Shown piece after piece: positions 39,595 to 49,914 of a stretch of DNA of 64,000 bases (the stretch's first letter is position 1; every line of letters begins with the position of its first letter). A program made the translations under genes and the position numbers. The DNA comes from Nitrospirota bacterium (GTDB lineage: Bacteria > Nitrospirota > Nitrospiria > Nitrospirales > Nitrospiraceae). The DNA lies in the NCBI GenBank assembly GCA_963703955.1, contig CAVPGK010000021.1, forward strand, positions 32,001 through 96,000. The letters are read 5' to 3'. The notes beneath the pieces are model-generated. The model saw nothing but the letters and a program-made list of their open reading frames with translations. It was not told where the DNA came from and made no database searches.

Positions 39595-41451
39595 ATGAAT
39601 CTGCCGATTCGGTGGAAAATCACATTGAGCGCACTGCTGGCGGTGTTCCTAGGGCTCGCCGTCGCCGGGTGGGTCGCGCTCCGGTCGATTGAGCGGCTGG
39701 AGCTCGCCGGCTTGACTGAAACCCTCACAGCCCGGACGGCGCTCGCGGCGCTGTCGCTGCAGCCCGTTCTCCAGCGCTCGGAGCGCGCCGGTGAAAACCA
39801 CCCCGTCCAGTTCCAGATGATGACTCGCACCCTGAGCCGTCATGCGCTGGCCAGGGTCACCGTCATCGGACCGGATGGGACCGTGCTGGGTGACAGCGAG
39901 ACTGCGGACGACGCCATCGCTCGACTCGACAATCATCGGAGCCGCCCGGAAGTAGCCAAGGCCCTCTCGGGAGAACGCGGCACGGATATCCGGCTGAGCC
40001 GGACCATCGGGCAGCGGATGTTCTATTTGGCTATTCCGGTCATGGCAGCCGAAACTTCCCGTCCTTCCGGCGCTTCCAGCTCTCCCACCGGAACCCTCGC
40101 CGTGGTTCGGCTGGCGATCCCGATGGCCGCCGTCGAAACCAAGATTCATGATCTGCAAGTCAGCCTGGGCATCGCCTTCGGGGTAGCGCTGGCCGTCGCA
40201 GCGACCCTCAGCGTGCTGCTAGCCAGAGGATTGACGCGTCCTCTCTCAGACATGGCCGCCGTCGCCCGGCAACTTGCCGGCGGAGCCCTCGGCCAGCGCA
40301 TCTCGACGGGCTCGCACGATGAGGTCGGCGTACTGGGGACGACGCTGAATCAGATGGCGGAGCAACTGGAATCCACCATTCGTGAGGTCTCGGAGGATCG
40401 CGCGCAATTGCTCGCCGTCATGACGTCAATGGTGGAAGGCGTCATGGTGTTGGATTGTCGCGGCAGAGTCTTGCAAGTGAACCCGGCCTTCGAACGCATG
40501 TTCCTCCTGCGAGCGACCGAGACTCGAGGTCGTTTTCACTGGGAGGTCGTTCGCCACACCGAATTCAACGAGCTCATCAAGGAGGTCTTGGAGACCAGGC
40601 AAAACCACGGGGGCGAGATCACGTTGCAGCCGAGCGGGCGCATTCTGCGGGTAGAAGCCTCGGTCTCAGGCTGCCAGCGCGAGAACGAAGCCTGTGTCGT
40701 CCTGGTATTTCACGACGTCACCACGCTTCGCCGCCTGGAAAAGGTCCGAAAGGATTTTGTCGCGAATGTGTCTCACGAGCTGCGCACGCCGCTGACGTCC
40801 ATCAAGGGGTATGTGGAAGCGTTGGTCGACGGGGCGAGGAACAACCCGGAAGAATCCAGTCGCTTCTTGGACGTGATTCTCAAGCAGAGCGATCGGCTCA
40901 ATCTAATTCTTGAAGACCTCCTGCAGCTTTCGCAGATCGAGTCAGGCCAGGCCCTGTTTAAACGCGAACCCGTCCACTTGACCGTGGTCGTGGAGCGCAC
41001 CCTTGCGTTGATCAAGCCCTTGGCCGAAAAGAAAGGACACCAGATCAGCGTCGTGATTCTTCCCGATCTGCCGCCCGCGCTCGGTGATGAAGAACGGCTC
41101 GTGCAGGTGTTGACGAATCTTCTGGACAACGCCGTGAAATACACGCCGGAACGGGGCTCAATTCGGATCGAAGGCCGTCACGTAGCCGGCCACCACCCCG
41201 GATCGGTGGATCTCGTGGAGCTCAGTGTCTCCGACAATGGTCTGGGCATCCCTGAACCCGACAGACCACGCGTTTTTGAACGATTTTATCGGGTGGACAA
41301 AGCGCGCTCGCGGGAACTCGGTGGCACGGGCCTCGGCCTCGCAATCGTCAAGCATATTGTGGAAGGACATGAAGGCCAAATTTGGGCGGAAGGCAATCAA
41401 CCCACAGGAAGCCGCTTCGTGATGAGAATTCCGGCCGCGCGCTTGAGCTGA
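39595..41451 (+). CDS. phoR: PhoR-like sensor histidine kinase (TM-HAMP-PAS-HisKA-HATPase)
   Basis: [24 protein letters not shown] and FYRVDKARSRELGGTGLGL. Confidence 0.85.
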   Translation: MNLPIRWKITLSALLAVFLGLAVAGWVALRSIERLELAGLTETLTARTALAALSLQPVLQRSERAGENHPVQFQMMTRTLSRHALARVTVIGPDGTVLGDSETADDAIARLDNHRSRPEVAKALSGERGTDIRLSRTIGQRMFYLAIPVMAAETSRPSGASSSPTGTLAVVRLAIPMAAVETKIHDLQVSLGIAFGVALAVAATLSVLLARGLTRPLSDMAAVARQLAGGALGQRISTGSHDEVGVLGTTLNQMAEQLESTIREVSEDRAQLLAVMTSMVEGVMVLDCRGRVLQVNPAFERMFLLRATETRGRFHWEVVRHTEFNELIKEVLETRQNHGGEITLQPSGRILRVEASVSGCQRENEACVVLVFHDVTTLRRLEKVRKDFVANVSHELRTPLTSIKGYVEALVDGARNNPEESSRFLDVILKQSDRLNLILEDLLQLSQIESGQALFKREPVHLTVVVERTLALIKPLAEKKGHQISVVILPDLPPALGDEERLVQVLTNLLDNAVKYTPERGSIRIEGRHVAGHHPGSVDLVELSVSDNGLGIPEPDRPRVFERFYRVDKARSRELGGTGLGLAIVKHIVEGHEGQIWAEGNQPTGSRFVMRIPAARLS

Positions 41452-41508
41452 CGCGGCGGCCAGCGCCCAATCCCTCCCCCGGGGGCCGCAGCCAGCCAAA
41501 TGGGCCGC

Positions 41509-42504
41509 TTAAAAGAATCGAATAATCCCCTTATACAGAAGCACACTCAGCACAGCCGCGCCCGGAAGCGTGAAGATCCATGCGTAGAGGATTCTGGCGG
41601 TCACCCCCCACCGGACAGCTGACAGCCGCTTCACGACACCCACCCCCATGACGGAAGAGGTAATGGTATGGGTCGTGCTCACGGGCAAGCCGATATGCGC
41701 AGTCGCGAGCAACACCATCGCGGCGCCGGTCTCCGCCGCAAATCCATGGACCGGATCGAGTTTCATAATTCGCATGCCCAGTGTTCGGACGATCTTCCAC
41801 CCGCCCACGGCCGTTCCAAGTCCCATCGCCAGCGCGCACGCGACGATCACCCAGGTCGGCACTTCCGCGGTCCGGATCTGACCTCCCGAGAAGAGGGCCA
41901 GCGTGATGATACCCATGGCCTTTTGCGCGTCATTGGCGCCGTGGCTGAACGCCATGAACGCGGCCGACAGGAGCTGCAAGCGGCTGAACAGCCACGTTGC
42001 AAAGCTTCGCGCGGTCCGGAAGAACGCATGACTGATCAGGACCATGAGCAACAGCCCCATGAGGAACCCCAACAGCGGTGACAGGATCATCGCTTCCAGC
42101 ACAGACCGTAGCCCGCCAAATTTGACGACCGCCCACCCGCCGTGGGCCAATCCGGCCCCTACTAGACCGCCGATCAGCGCATGCGACGAGCTCGTCGGCA
42201 ATCCCAGCATGAGCGTAAACAAATTCCATACGATCGCGCCCCCCAAGGCGGAGGCCACCATCACCTGTGTGACCGCGGTGGGGTCCACGATCCCCCCACC
42301 CACCATCTTCGCGACGGCGGTCGACATGAAGGCCCCGGCTACATTCAACGAACCGGCCATCAACACCGCCGCCAGCGGGCTCAGGACGCGGGTGGAAACC
42401 ACCGTCGCAATCGCATTCGCGCTGTCGTGCCACCCGTTCGAAAAATCAAACAGGAGCGCCAACACCACGACAAGGAACAGCATTCCACCAAGATCGGGTA
42501 TCAT
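41509..42504 (-). CDS. pit: PiT-family inorganic phosphate transporter
   Basis: NGWHDSANAIAT, PTSSSHA, HGANDAQK and PVSTTH. Confidence 0.93.
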   Translation of the reverse strand: MIPDLGGMLFLVVVLALLFDFSNGWHDSANAIATVVSTRVLSPLAAVLMAGSLNVAGAFMSTAVAKMVGGGIVDPTAVTQVMVASALGGAIVWNLFTLMLGLPTSSSHALIGGLVGAGLAHGGWAVVKFGGLRSVLEAMILSPLLGFLMGLLLMVLISHAFFRTARSFATWLFSRLQLLSAAFMAFSHGANDAQKAMGIITLALFSGGQIRTAEVPTWVIVACALAMGLGTAVGGWKIVRTLGMRIMKLDPVHGFAAETGAAMVLLATAHIGLPVSTTHTITSSVMGVGVVKRLSAVRWGVTARILYAWIFTLPGAAVLSVLLYKGIIRFF

Positions 42505-42666
42505 GCGGGCAGGCCGGACGCGTGAGGTACCGGGCGCGGGGTGTCAGGATGAACCGAGAACAAAACGTCACATGCGCGCGACAACATCGTGTCAACGACC
42601 TTTCGCTAGAGAGCATGCGCCAGCGCCTTCATGTGTTTTTGTGACGCGCCTCGCGCGTGACTTGAA

Positions 42667-43284
42667 TCAAATGTGCTTGAGCGCGATGCGTTCCAAAACA
42701 TTAGCCACATCTTCGCAGCGATCCGTGCCCTCTTCAAAATTCTCATAGATTTCTTTCCATTTAATGACGGCGATCGGGTCTTTCTCGTGTTCGAATAGGT
42801 CAGAAATGGCGTCCCGTGTGACCCGGTCCGCTTCATTTTCCAAGCTGTTGACCAGGACGCAACAAGCATTGATGTCGGCGTGGGGTTTCCCAAGCCGGTC
42901 GATACCGCCGCCGACCGCCACGGAGGATTGATAGAGAATCCCGGCCAACTTCATGGCCGGTTCAGTCGGTTTGGTTACTTTGAAAACGACAAACCGATCG
43001 GCGATGGCTTCGACAATATCGAGAATGTCGTCCATGGCGCTTGCCAGATCATGGATATCTTCACGATCCATGGGTGTGATGAATGTCTGGTTCAGTTTCC
43101 GGGCAATGTCGTGGGTAATCCCATCTCCGATGTGTTCGATGTCCTTGATGCGGCGGGCCTGCTCGACCGGATTCCGGAAATCTTCCATCATCTCCTTCAG
43201 AAGGCGGCTACCTTCGATCATGTTATGGGCTGCCTTCTGAAACATTTCAAGAAACGCCGTCTCTTTCGGAATCAAACCAAACAT
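42667..43284 (-). CDS. DUF47 (PhoU-like) Pit accessory protein
   Basis: EHIGD, FITPMDREDI, ENEAD and DRCEDVAN. Confidence 0.9.
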   Translation of the reverse strand: MFGLIPKETAFLEMFQKAAHNMIEGSRLLKEMMEDFRNPVEQARRIKDIEHIGDGITHDIARKLNQTFITPMDREDIHDLASAMDDILDIVEAIADRFVVFKVTKPTEPAMKLAGILYQSSVAVGGGIDRLGKPHADINACCVLVNSLENEADRVTRDAISDLFEHEKDPIAVIKWKEIYENFEEGTDRCEDVANVLERIALKHI

Positions 43285-43310
43285 ATCACCACCACCCTGT
43301 CACACCTCTC

Positions 43311-44300
43311 CTACCATCGCACTAGACCCGTCGCCCATGTCAACCCTCCCCCAAATGTTCCCAGCAGGACCAGATCCCCCGGCCGGAGCCGGCCGCTTCG
43401 GGCTGCATGGTCCAGGGCAATGGGGAGCGAGGCCGACGACGTATTCCCGAATTGTTCGATTACCGAATACATCTTTTCCCCCGGTGACAGGCCCAAGCGC
43501 CGACCTAACGCGTCCAGCAACCGCCCATTCGCCTGATGAAAAATCGCCTGCCCCAGATCCTCGATGCCGAACCCAAACTCTTTCAAAAGATCCCCCACCG
43601 CTGCCGCCAACCGTTTGACCGCGACTCGAAAAAGCGGGCCGCCTTGCATGCTCAAGGCGTGCAGCCGATTCTCCACGGTCTGCAGATTCGTCGGCTGGCG
43701 TGATCCACCCGCTGGGATCCGAATTAATCCGTGCCGTGTTCCGTCTGCATACAGGCGGATATCTAGAATACCGGATGATGACGCGGCGCCCCTGTCGGCT
43801 TCGACGAGCGCGGCGCCGGCCCCATCTCCAAATAGGATCGCAGTCGCCTCATCGTTCGGATCGAGAAACCTGGACTTGATTTCGGCCGCGACGACCAGGC
43901 ACCGCAAGAATTGCCCGCTTCTGACCAATCGATCCGCCATTGACAGCCCATACAGAAATCCCGAGCAGGACGCCGTCAGATCAAATGCGGCGGCACCCTT
44001 CAATCCCAAGCGGTTCTGGAGGTGACACGCCGTTGAAGGGAACCCCATGTCGGGCGACGTCGTTGACACGATCACGGCGTCCGCCGACGACAAGGTGACG
44101 GCGGCGGATTCGCAGGCTCGACGCGCGGCCATCTCGGCGAGGTGAGACGTGCATTGTTCATCGTCGGCCCAATGACGAGTCCGAATACCCGTTCGCTGAA
44201 AGACTGCTTCCCCATCCAGCCGGAGCAACCGGCTGGCCTCCTCGTTGGTCACAACTCGGGCAGGCACATACGAGCCGGTCCCAATAATCTTGCTTCTCAT
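43311..44300 (-). CDS. fabH: 3-oxoacyl-ACP synthase III
   Basis: ASCSGF, FGDGAGA, HQAN, GNTSSAS and FGGGLTW. Confidence 0.92.
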   Translation of the reverse strand: MRSKIIGTGSYVPARVVTNEEASRLLRLDGEAVFQRTGIRTRHWADDEQCTSHLAEMAARRACESAAVTLSSADAVIVSTTSPDMGFPSTACHLQNRLGLKGAAAFDLTASCSGFLYGLSMADRLVRSGQFLRCLVVAAEIKSRFLDPNDEATAILFGDGAGAALVEADRGAASSSGILDIRLYADGTRHGLIRIPAGGSRQPTNLQTVENRLHALSMQGGPLFRVAVKRLAAAVGDLLKEFGFGIEDLGQAIFHQANGRLLDALGRRLGLSPGEKMYSVIEQFGNTSSASLPIALDHAARSGRLRPGDLVLLGTFGGGLTWATGLVRW

Positions 44301-44491
44301 TAGAGAGACGTCGTGAGTGGAGAAGGAGAGTGTGTTGAAAATGCCACCCGGTACTGGCCGGGATTATAGGTCGCCCACCATCGAGCGTCAATCATGGCGG
44401 CGGATTGCATTTGAAAACCTGATTTGCTAACGTGCGCTATACTTGATCATAGATGTGTCATCGCTTCTCACCTGTGGAGGCAATTCCCACG

Positions 44492-45391
44492 ATGGTTTCA
44501 CGGTGGCTGTCTGTGGCGCTCTTGATCGGTGTCAGTCTTACGGTTGGGTGTTCGAAGACGCCGAAACAGGTCCAGTCCGACGGAAAATCGTTGAGCGGTA
44601 CCGACGAGCAGATCTTCATCGGCGACACGATCGAGAAAAATTACGATCCGAATGTCATCATGAAGCGGGCTGAGTCCTTTTTCGACAAGGAGGACTACCC
44701 TGAAGCGATTATCGAGTATCAGCACTTCCTGGATCTCCATCGGGTGCATACGCTCGCCTTTTACGCCCAATACAAACTTGCCGAAAGCCATTTCAAGCAG
44801 ATCAAGAGCGTTGACCGTGATCCAGATCCCGTCTACAAGGCGTTAGAGGCGTTCGAAAAACTCAGACGAGATTATCCAGGAAACCGCCATGAGGCCGACG
44901 CGATCGAACGGATTCGCGCCTGCCATGATTTCATTGCCCAAGCCTACATGTTCGTGGGCAAGTTTTATTATCGACGGGAGGCGTATTTGGCGGCCGCCCA
45001 CCGGTTTGAATCAGTTCTGAAACAATATCCCGATATGGAAATCGCAGGTGAGGCCCTCTATTACCTGGCCCTGACCTATAACGAAATGGGGGCGGAAGAC
45101 TGGGCGCGAGAGAAGCTGATTGCGCTGGATGAACGGTTTCCAAATAACGAACATGCAACTTCTGGACGGAAACTTCTGGCGAAACTGAACGCGAACCAGC
45201 CAGCGGAAACGGTTGCCCTTTCGAAAAACCGGTCTAATGGAAGCTCCTCAGACAGCTACAGCGCCTCGAATGGAACATTGCCGCCACCTGTCGTCTCACC
45301 CAACCTCAATTCGGTCACAGCGCTCAGCGGGTCAGCCAAGGGATCGCCTTCGACGGAGACGACCCTGTGCCGTCTCGGCGTCTGGTGCTAA
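44492..45391 (+). CDS. bamD: Outer-membrane protein assembly lipoprotein BamD
   Basis: Lipobox TVGC, TPRs, DRDP, FYYRREAYLAAAHRF and a Ser-rich tail. Confidence 0.88.
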   Translation: MVSRWLSVALLIGVSLTVGCSKTPKQVQSDGKSLSGTDEQIFIGDTIEKNYDPNVIMKRAESFFDKEDYPEAIIEYQHFLDLHRVHTLAFYAQYKLAESHFKQIKSVDRDPDPVYKALEAFEKLRRDYPGNRHEADAIERIRACHDFIAQAYMFVGKFYYRREAYLAAAHRFESVLKQYPDMEIAGEALYYLALTYNEMGAEDWAREKLIALDERFPNNEHATSGRKLLAKLNANQPAETVALSKNRSNGSSSDSYSASNGTLPPPVVSPNLNSVTALSGSAKGSPSTETTLCRLGVWC

Positions 45392-45424
45392 CCACGCCAC
45401 TGAAAAAAGCCCCCAACTTCGTTC

Positions 45425-45588
45425 AAAACAGGAAGGTATCCGGCCGCCTCACCGACTCCGCGCCGCGCACGAACGTGGCGCTCTTTTATTCATCGCGCCG
45501 CGCGCTCTCAACGTAACCATGGGAAAGAGCCGGTCTCGGCCGGCTCAGGGTTGGGCGAGTGAAAATGTGGCTATGCCTCTGGTTTTTT
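45425..45588 (+). repeat. Intergenic hairpin containing module B
   Basis: gggaaagagccggtctcggccggctcagggttgggcgagtgaaaa (45521-45565) within an imperfect outer stem. Confidence 0.65.
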
Positions 45589-45673
45589 CTCGCCTGCCGC
45601 CTTGTTGGTTGACATTCTTGAGCAGCGTGGAAGTTTGCAGGAAGCTGAATGCTGATTGCTGATAGCTTGTTTG

Positions 45674-46867
45674 CTAATTGAAGCGCAGGGCTTTCTGAAA
45701 AAGGTCCCGAACCGACGCCTTCACCAGACCCTTTGCCTTCATCATGAACGTCTGATAGGTCTCTCGTCCGCGGAGAACATCGTAGTATAGATGAATGACG
45801 TCCTGGTAACGATATAGCAGACGATGGCACAAACGCGGGAAGGTGTAGACAATCTGGGCGATGCGGGCGGCCACGTGGAATTCGGGATAGATTTCACGCG
45901 CCACGGCTTGTTCGTACTCCGACAACCCACGGCGAGGATCCCGAAAGAACCCGCGAATACTGCTCGCCGCCATTTGACCTGAGCGCACTGCGTAGTAGAT
46001 CCCTTCCCCGAACAGCGGGTCCACAAGATGTCCAGCGTCACCCACCAACAGGGTGCGATGCCGAATCAACCCAGGCGGTGCGCCGGGTTCGCACGGGTAG
46101 AGCGGCAACGGATGGCCGAACGGTGGTGGCACCTTCAGATGCGATAGACCGGGCTCGTCACGAATGAACCGCTGGAAGAACTGTTTCGGGCCGCCCAGGC
46201 GGCCATTGAAGCCGCCCAAGCCGATCGACAATCGCTCCCTTTTCGGAAAGATCCACGCGTAGCCTTTTGGGGTGGCTCCTATGTCGATCACGGCCGTTCC
46301 TTCGCCGGGATACAAGGGCGCCGCTCCAATGTCGATCTCGCTCTCCAGTGTCGGCATGCGGCGCAGACGGCGTTCGGGAAAAAGGCGTTGAGCGACTGTG
46401 CTATTGGCGCCATCCGCGCCGATTAGGACTTTCGTCCGATACCGCCCGCGATCGGTGGTCACTTCTATCCCGTCCGGGAATTCAACAAACGTCGCAGCTT
46501 GCTCGCATTGTCGCACCTCGGTACCCGCATGGCGGGCCTTTTCAACAAGAAGGTGATCAAATCGGTCGCGCATGACCATGTAGGCGAATGGCTCTGAGGA
46601 TTCGATGAGGACCGGATCTTTCCCTCCGTACGCAAACTGGACGCTCCGGACCGCATGCTCGATAGTGGATTGAAAGCCGGGATCAAGAACGCGGTCGATC
46701 CGGACAGAAATCCCTCCCCCACACACCTTGTACCGAGGGTGGACTTGTTTTTCGAGCCCTATGACCGATAGGCCGACTCGGCTCAGCTCATACGCAGTGG
46801 TTGCGCCCGCCGGCCCCATGCCGACGACCAAGACATCGCAGGATTTTGCATCAGGCAAGGTGGGCAT
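45674..46867 (-). CDS. Geranylgeranyl reductase-family FAD oxidoreductase
   Basis: GMGPAG, RYKVCGGG, GADGANS, GYAWIFPK and GDAGHLVDPLFGEGI. The likely start is MPTLP at 46867. Confidence 0.9.
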   Translation of the reverse strand: MPTLPDAKSCDVLVVGMGPAGATTAYELSRVGLSVIGLEKQVHPRYKVCGGGISVRIDRVLDPGFQSTIEHAVRSVQFAYGGKDPVLIESSEPFAYMVMRDRFDHLLVEKARHAGTEVRQCEQAATFVEFPDGIEVTTDRGRYRTKVLIGADGANSTVAQRLFPERRLRRMPTLESEIDIGAAPLYPGEGTAVIDIGATPKGYAWIFPKRERLSIGLGGFNGRLGGPKQFFQRFIRDEPGLSHLKVPPPFGHPLPLYPCEPGAPPGLIRHRTLLVGDAGHLVDPLFGEGIYYAVRSGQMAASSIRGFFRDPRRGLSEYEQAVAREIYPEFHVAARIAQIVYTFPRLCHRLLYRYQDVIHLYYDVLRGRETYQTFMMKAKGLVKASVRDLFQKALRFN

Positions 46868-46881
46868 GAAGGGAAGCGGAG

Positions 46882-47628
46882 CTACTGGCCGAGATACCAG
46901 CCAATTCCATACCGCTCCAGAAAGCTCGTGATCATAGTCAACGAATTGGCATAGATCATCACGCCGACCACGACTAAAAACACACCGCTCACGGTGGATA
47001 CTCCCCAAAGGTACGACCTGACCTGTTTGAAGTAGCTGAGGAATCGGTCCACGCCGAGCGCCGTGGCAAAGAGCGGTAAGCCCAATCCGAGCGAATAGGA
47101 GGCGAGAAGCATGACGCCGTTCAGCAGTGAATCCGTGGTGCTGGCGTACAGCAGAATCGTCCCCAACACCGGCCCAACGCATGGCGTCCAGCCGGCCGCA
47201 AACGCCACACCGATAAGAAACGAGCCCACATATCCCGCGGGCCGACTCCCGAAGTGCATCCGCTTTTCGGTGCTCAAGAAACGGATGTTGAGCATACCCA
47301 ACAGAGACAATCCAAACACCACGATGAGGACGCCGCCGATTTTGCGAATATGATCTTGATAGGTGATCAGCACTTGTCCGATCAAGCTCGCCGAGGCTCC
47401 AAACGCGATGAATACGCACGAGAACCCGGCAATGAACAACAGGGAGTTGATGATGATCGACTTCCGGAATCGCTGCCGCTCCGCGGGATCCGTCAACCGC
47501 TCCAGGGATAATCCCGTGATGTAGGAGACATATGACGGAACCAGAGGGAGCACGCACGGGGACACGAACGACAGAAGGCCGGCCGCAAACGCGGCGAACA
47601 ACGAGATCTGCTGAATAGAATTGCCCAT
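46882..47628 (-). CDS. ccdA: Cytochrome c biogenesis protein CcdA
   Basis: SPCVLPLVP and WTPCVGP. Confidence 0.93.
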   Translation of the reverse strand: MGNSIQQISLFAAFAAGLLSFVSPCVLPLVPSYVSYITGLSLERLTDPAERQRFRKSIIINSLLFIAGFSCVFIAFGASASLIGQVLITYQDHIRKIGGVLIVVFGLSLLGMLNIRFLSTEKRMHFGSRPAGYVGSFLIGVAFAAGWTPCVGPVLGTILLYASTTDSLLNGVMLLASYSLGLGLPLFATALGVDRFLSYFKQVRSYLWGVSTVSGVFLVVVGVMIYANSLTMITSFLERYGIGWYLGQ

Positions 47629-47630
47629 GG

Positions 47631-48200
47631 CTAAGAGGTCCGAATCAGCGCCTGGATCATCTGCAACGCTTCAGGGCTTTGCCAATCACGCGCGCCGAAT
47701 ATGCGATGGGTAATGATGCCTCGGCGATTGACCAGAAACGTCATCGGAAGCGTCCGCGTGCCGTAGGTGACTCCGACCCGAAAATCCGAATCATGAAGAA
47801 TGGGGAAGGACAGTCCCATCGAATCACGAAACGGTCTGGTCACCGCAGCGCCTTGCGCATCAGTCGAGATCGCAAGGATCTCGAAATCCTTGCGGTTGAT
47901 CTGTTGATAGAGCACTTCCATCGCGGGCATTTCGACGCGACATGGACCGCACCACGTCGCCCAAAAGTTGAGCATCACCACGCGGCCTTGGTAACCGGAA
48001 AGCGTGACGGGGTCCCCGTTAAGGTTCCAAAGCTGAAAGTCCGGCGCCGTCCCGCCGATTTGCACGATGGCGCGTCCCTGGCCCGCCGCCTTCGCCACCG
48101 CCGTTTCGGCGGCCGAATCCGTGGACCCTGTGTCGCATCCAGCGGCGTTGATGAGCAGCATCCCCAGCACCACGGCCTGGATCGGTCCCCTGTGTGTCAT
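47631..48200 (-). CDS. TlpA/ResA-family thiol-disulfide oxidoreductase (lipoprotein)
   Basis: FWATWCGPCRVEMP and lipobox AAGC. Confidence 0.9.
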   Translation of the reverse strand: MTHRGPIQAVVLGMLLINAAGCDTGSTDSAAETAVAKAAGQGRAIVQIGGTAPDFQLWNLNGDPVTLSGYQGRVVMLNFWATWCGPCRVEMPAMEVLYQQINRKDFEILAISTDAQGAAVTRPFRDSMGLSFPILHDSDFRVGVTYGTRTLPMTFLVNRRGIITHRIFGARDWQSPEALQMIQALIRTS

Positions 48201-48207
48201 GGTGCCA

Positions 48208-48816
48208 TCACGTCGTCGGAGACGGCTGCGCGGATTTCGAGCCGTTCTTCAGCATGGCCGTAATGTTCTTGAGGTTGTCCAGCACCGTCCAGTCCCGAGG
48301 GCCGATGACCTTTTCTCTGAGAATTCCCTGCTGATCGATGATGTAGGTCTCCGGCACCCCCATCAGCTTGTAGCGCTTATCGGTTTGTCCCCACGAATCC
48401 ACTAGGATCGGAAAAGTGAGACTCATACTTTTCACGAATGGTGGAATGTCCTTCTTCGTGGTGACCCGATCGATGCTGACCGCCAACACTACGAACCCGT
48501 CTCCTTCAAAGTTCTTATACAGCACTTCCATCGACGGCATTTCTTCCCGACAGGGCTTACACCACGTCGCCCAAAAATTCAGAAATACGACCTTGCCGCG
48601 GTAATCCGACAAACGCACGGTCTTGTCGTTCAAATCGGGCAGATTGAAATCGGGCGCAGGTTTCCCCACTGTCAGCGGCTCATACTTGGAACTCTGCATC
48701 CAGACCACGCCGAAGGCCACGGCGAGGATCGCGAGGGAGATGATGGTTATCGTCAATCGAGACCTTGGTGGTGACGCTCCCGTCGGCGTCGAATCTGTCA
48801 TGATCTGCTCAGCCAT
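48208..48816 (-). CDS. TlpA/ResA-family thiol-disulfide oxidoreductase (membrane-anchored)
   Basis: FWATWCKPCREEMP and GVPET. Confidence 0.9.
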   Translation of the reverse strand: MAEQIMTDSTPTGASPPRSRLTITIISLAILAVAFGVVWMQSSKYEPLTVGKPAPDFNLPDLNDKTVRLSDYRGKVVFLNFWATWCKPCREEMPSMEVLYKNFEGDGFVVLAVSIDRVTTKKDIPPFVKSMSLTFPILVDSWGQTDKRYKLMGVPETYIIDQQGILREKVIGPRDWTVLDNLKNITAMLKNGSKSAQPSPTT

Positions 48817-48914
48817 AATCGAGAAGCTAGTAGAACGCGGCGAATCACTGGTAGCAGAGATTCAATGCGCTTCGCTATTCCCAACCAATCATACGCTTGG
48901 TCTTCATGCGTACT

Positions 48915-49829
48915 TCATGCGTACGCGTGAAGACCACTCAGCAGGAAGTTGACACCCCAGAAGCAAAAGATCACCATCAGGAAGCCGAACACGGAATAGA
49001 TGGCGGCGCGCCGTCCTTCCCACCCATGCGTCATCCGCGCATGAATGTAAGCGCCGTAAATGAGCCAGACAATGAGGGACCATGTCTCTTTCGGATCCCA
49101 ACTCCAGTACCCGCCCCAGGCATAATTGGCCCACATGGCCCCCAAAATAACCCCGAATGCCAGGAGCGGAAACCCAACCATAATCGCCTTGTATTCCAAC
49201 TCATCGATCGTTTCCAGGCTCGGGAAGGCGGCATAGAGACCGGACCGGATGCCTCGCCGCTCAGCGCGTTCCTTCAGCAGGTACATAACGCCCAACCCGC
49301 CCGCCATGGCAAAGGCCGCATAGCTGGTCAGCGTGACGGAGACGTGAATGTAGATCCAGTAGCTGTTCAGAGCCGGCACGAGGGGTTCAGCCGTCTGGTA
49401 TCGATACGGAAGCAGAGAGGCCGCTCCCATCGCGATGAAGCCGATGCCGACAACAAACGCGCCGATCGCTTTGATGCGGTATCGGAATTCCAATAAGACG
49501 TACCCGAGAATAATGGCCCACGAGACGTACGCCATCGCCTCGAACTGGTTGGACCACGGCGCGAAGGTGCCGGAAATCTGCATGCGCTCGTAGGCACGGG
49601 CAAACAGCGCCAGCGTGTTCACCATCCAGCCGAACACCGTCACTATCGTCGCCACCTGCCCGATTTGAGCTGCCCATCCGTTATCGCCCTCTCCAAACTC
49701 CTCCCATGGATGGCCGGCAGGCGCAAGCTGCATGGCGGGCCGCTTGGCCAGCATATACCCAATGTACAGGCCCAATGCAGCCAGATAGAGCCAGAAGGTC
49801 ATATCGAAGAGGAACAAAGATTTTGCCAT
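48915..49829 (-). CDS. resC: System II cytochrome c synthase, WWD subunit (CcsA/ResC)
   Basis: WANYAWGGYWSWDPKETW, IHV and GLHAY. Confidence 0.93.
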   Translation of the reverse strand: MAKSLFLFDMTFWLYLAALGLYIGYMLAKRPAMQLAPAGHPWEEFGEGDNGWAAQIGQVATIVTVFGWMVNTLALFARAYERMQISGTFAPWSNQFEAMAYVSWAIILGYVLLEFRYRIKAIGAFVVGIGFIAMGAASLLPYRYQTAEPLVPALNSYWIYIHVSVTLTSYAAFAMAGGLGVMYLLKERAERRGIRSGLYAAFPSLETIDELEYKAIMVGFPLLAFGVILGAMWANYAWGGYWSWDPKETWSLIVWLIYGAYIHARMTHGWEGRRAAIYSVFGFLMVIFCFWGVNFLLSGLHAYA

Positions 49830-49914
49830 GTCAACCTCCGCAGGATAGCCCTCAGCCGTCGGCATTTAGCGGTCAGCTCTGAAGCCGATCGCTGAACGCT
49901 CACGTCATTCTCCG

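Noticed and set aside
42560..42665. Pho boxes between DUF47 and pit
   Set aside because: GTCAC-like half-sites are present, but spacing and orientation do not give a convincing 11-bp tandem box.
46868..47557. N-terminal extension of the 627-aa ORF (likewise 10887-11420 and 27692-27970)
   Set aside because: Alternative-frame overlap with ccdA, the ABC ATPase or intergenic repeats. Not protein-like.
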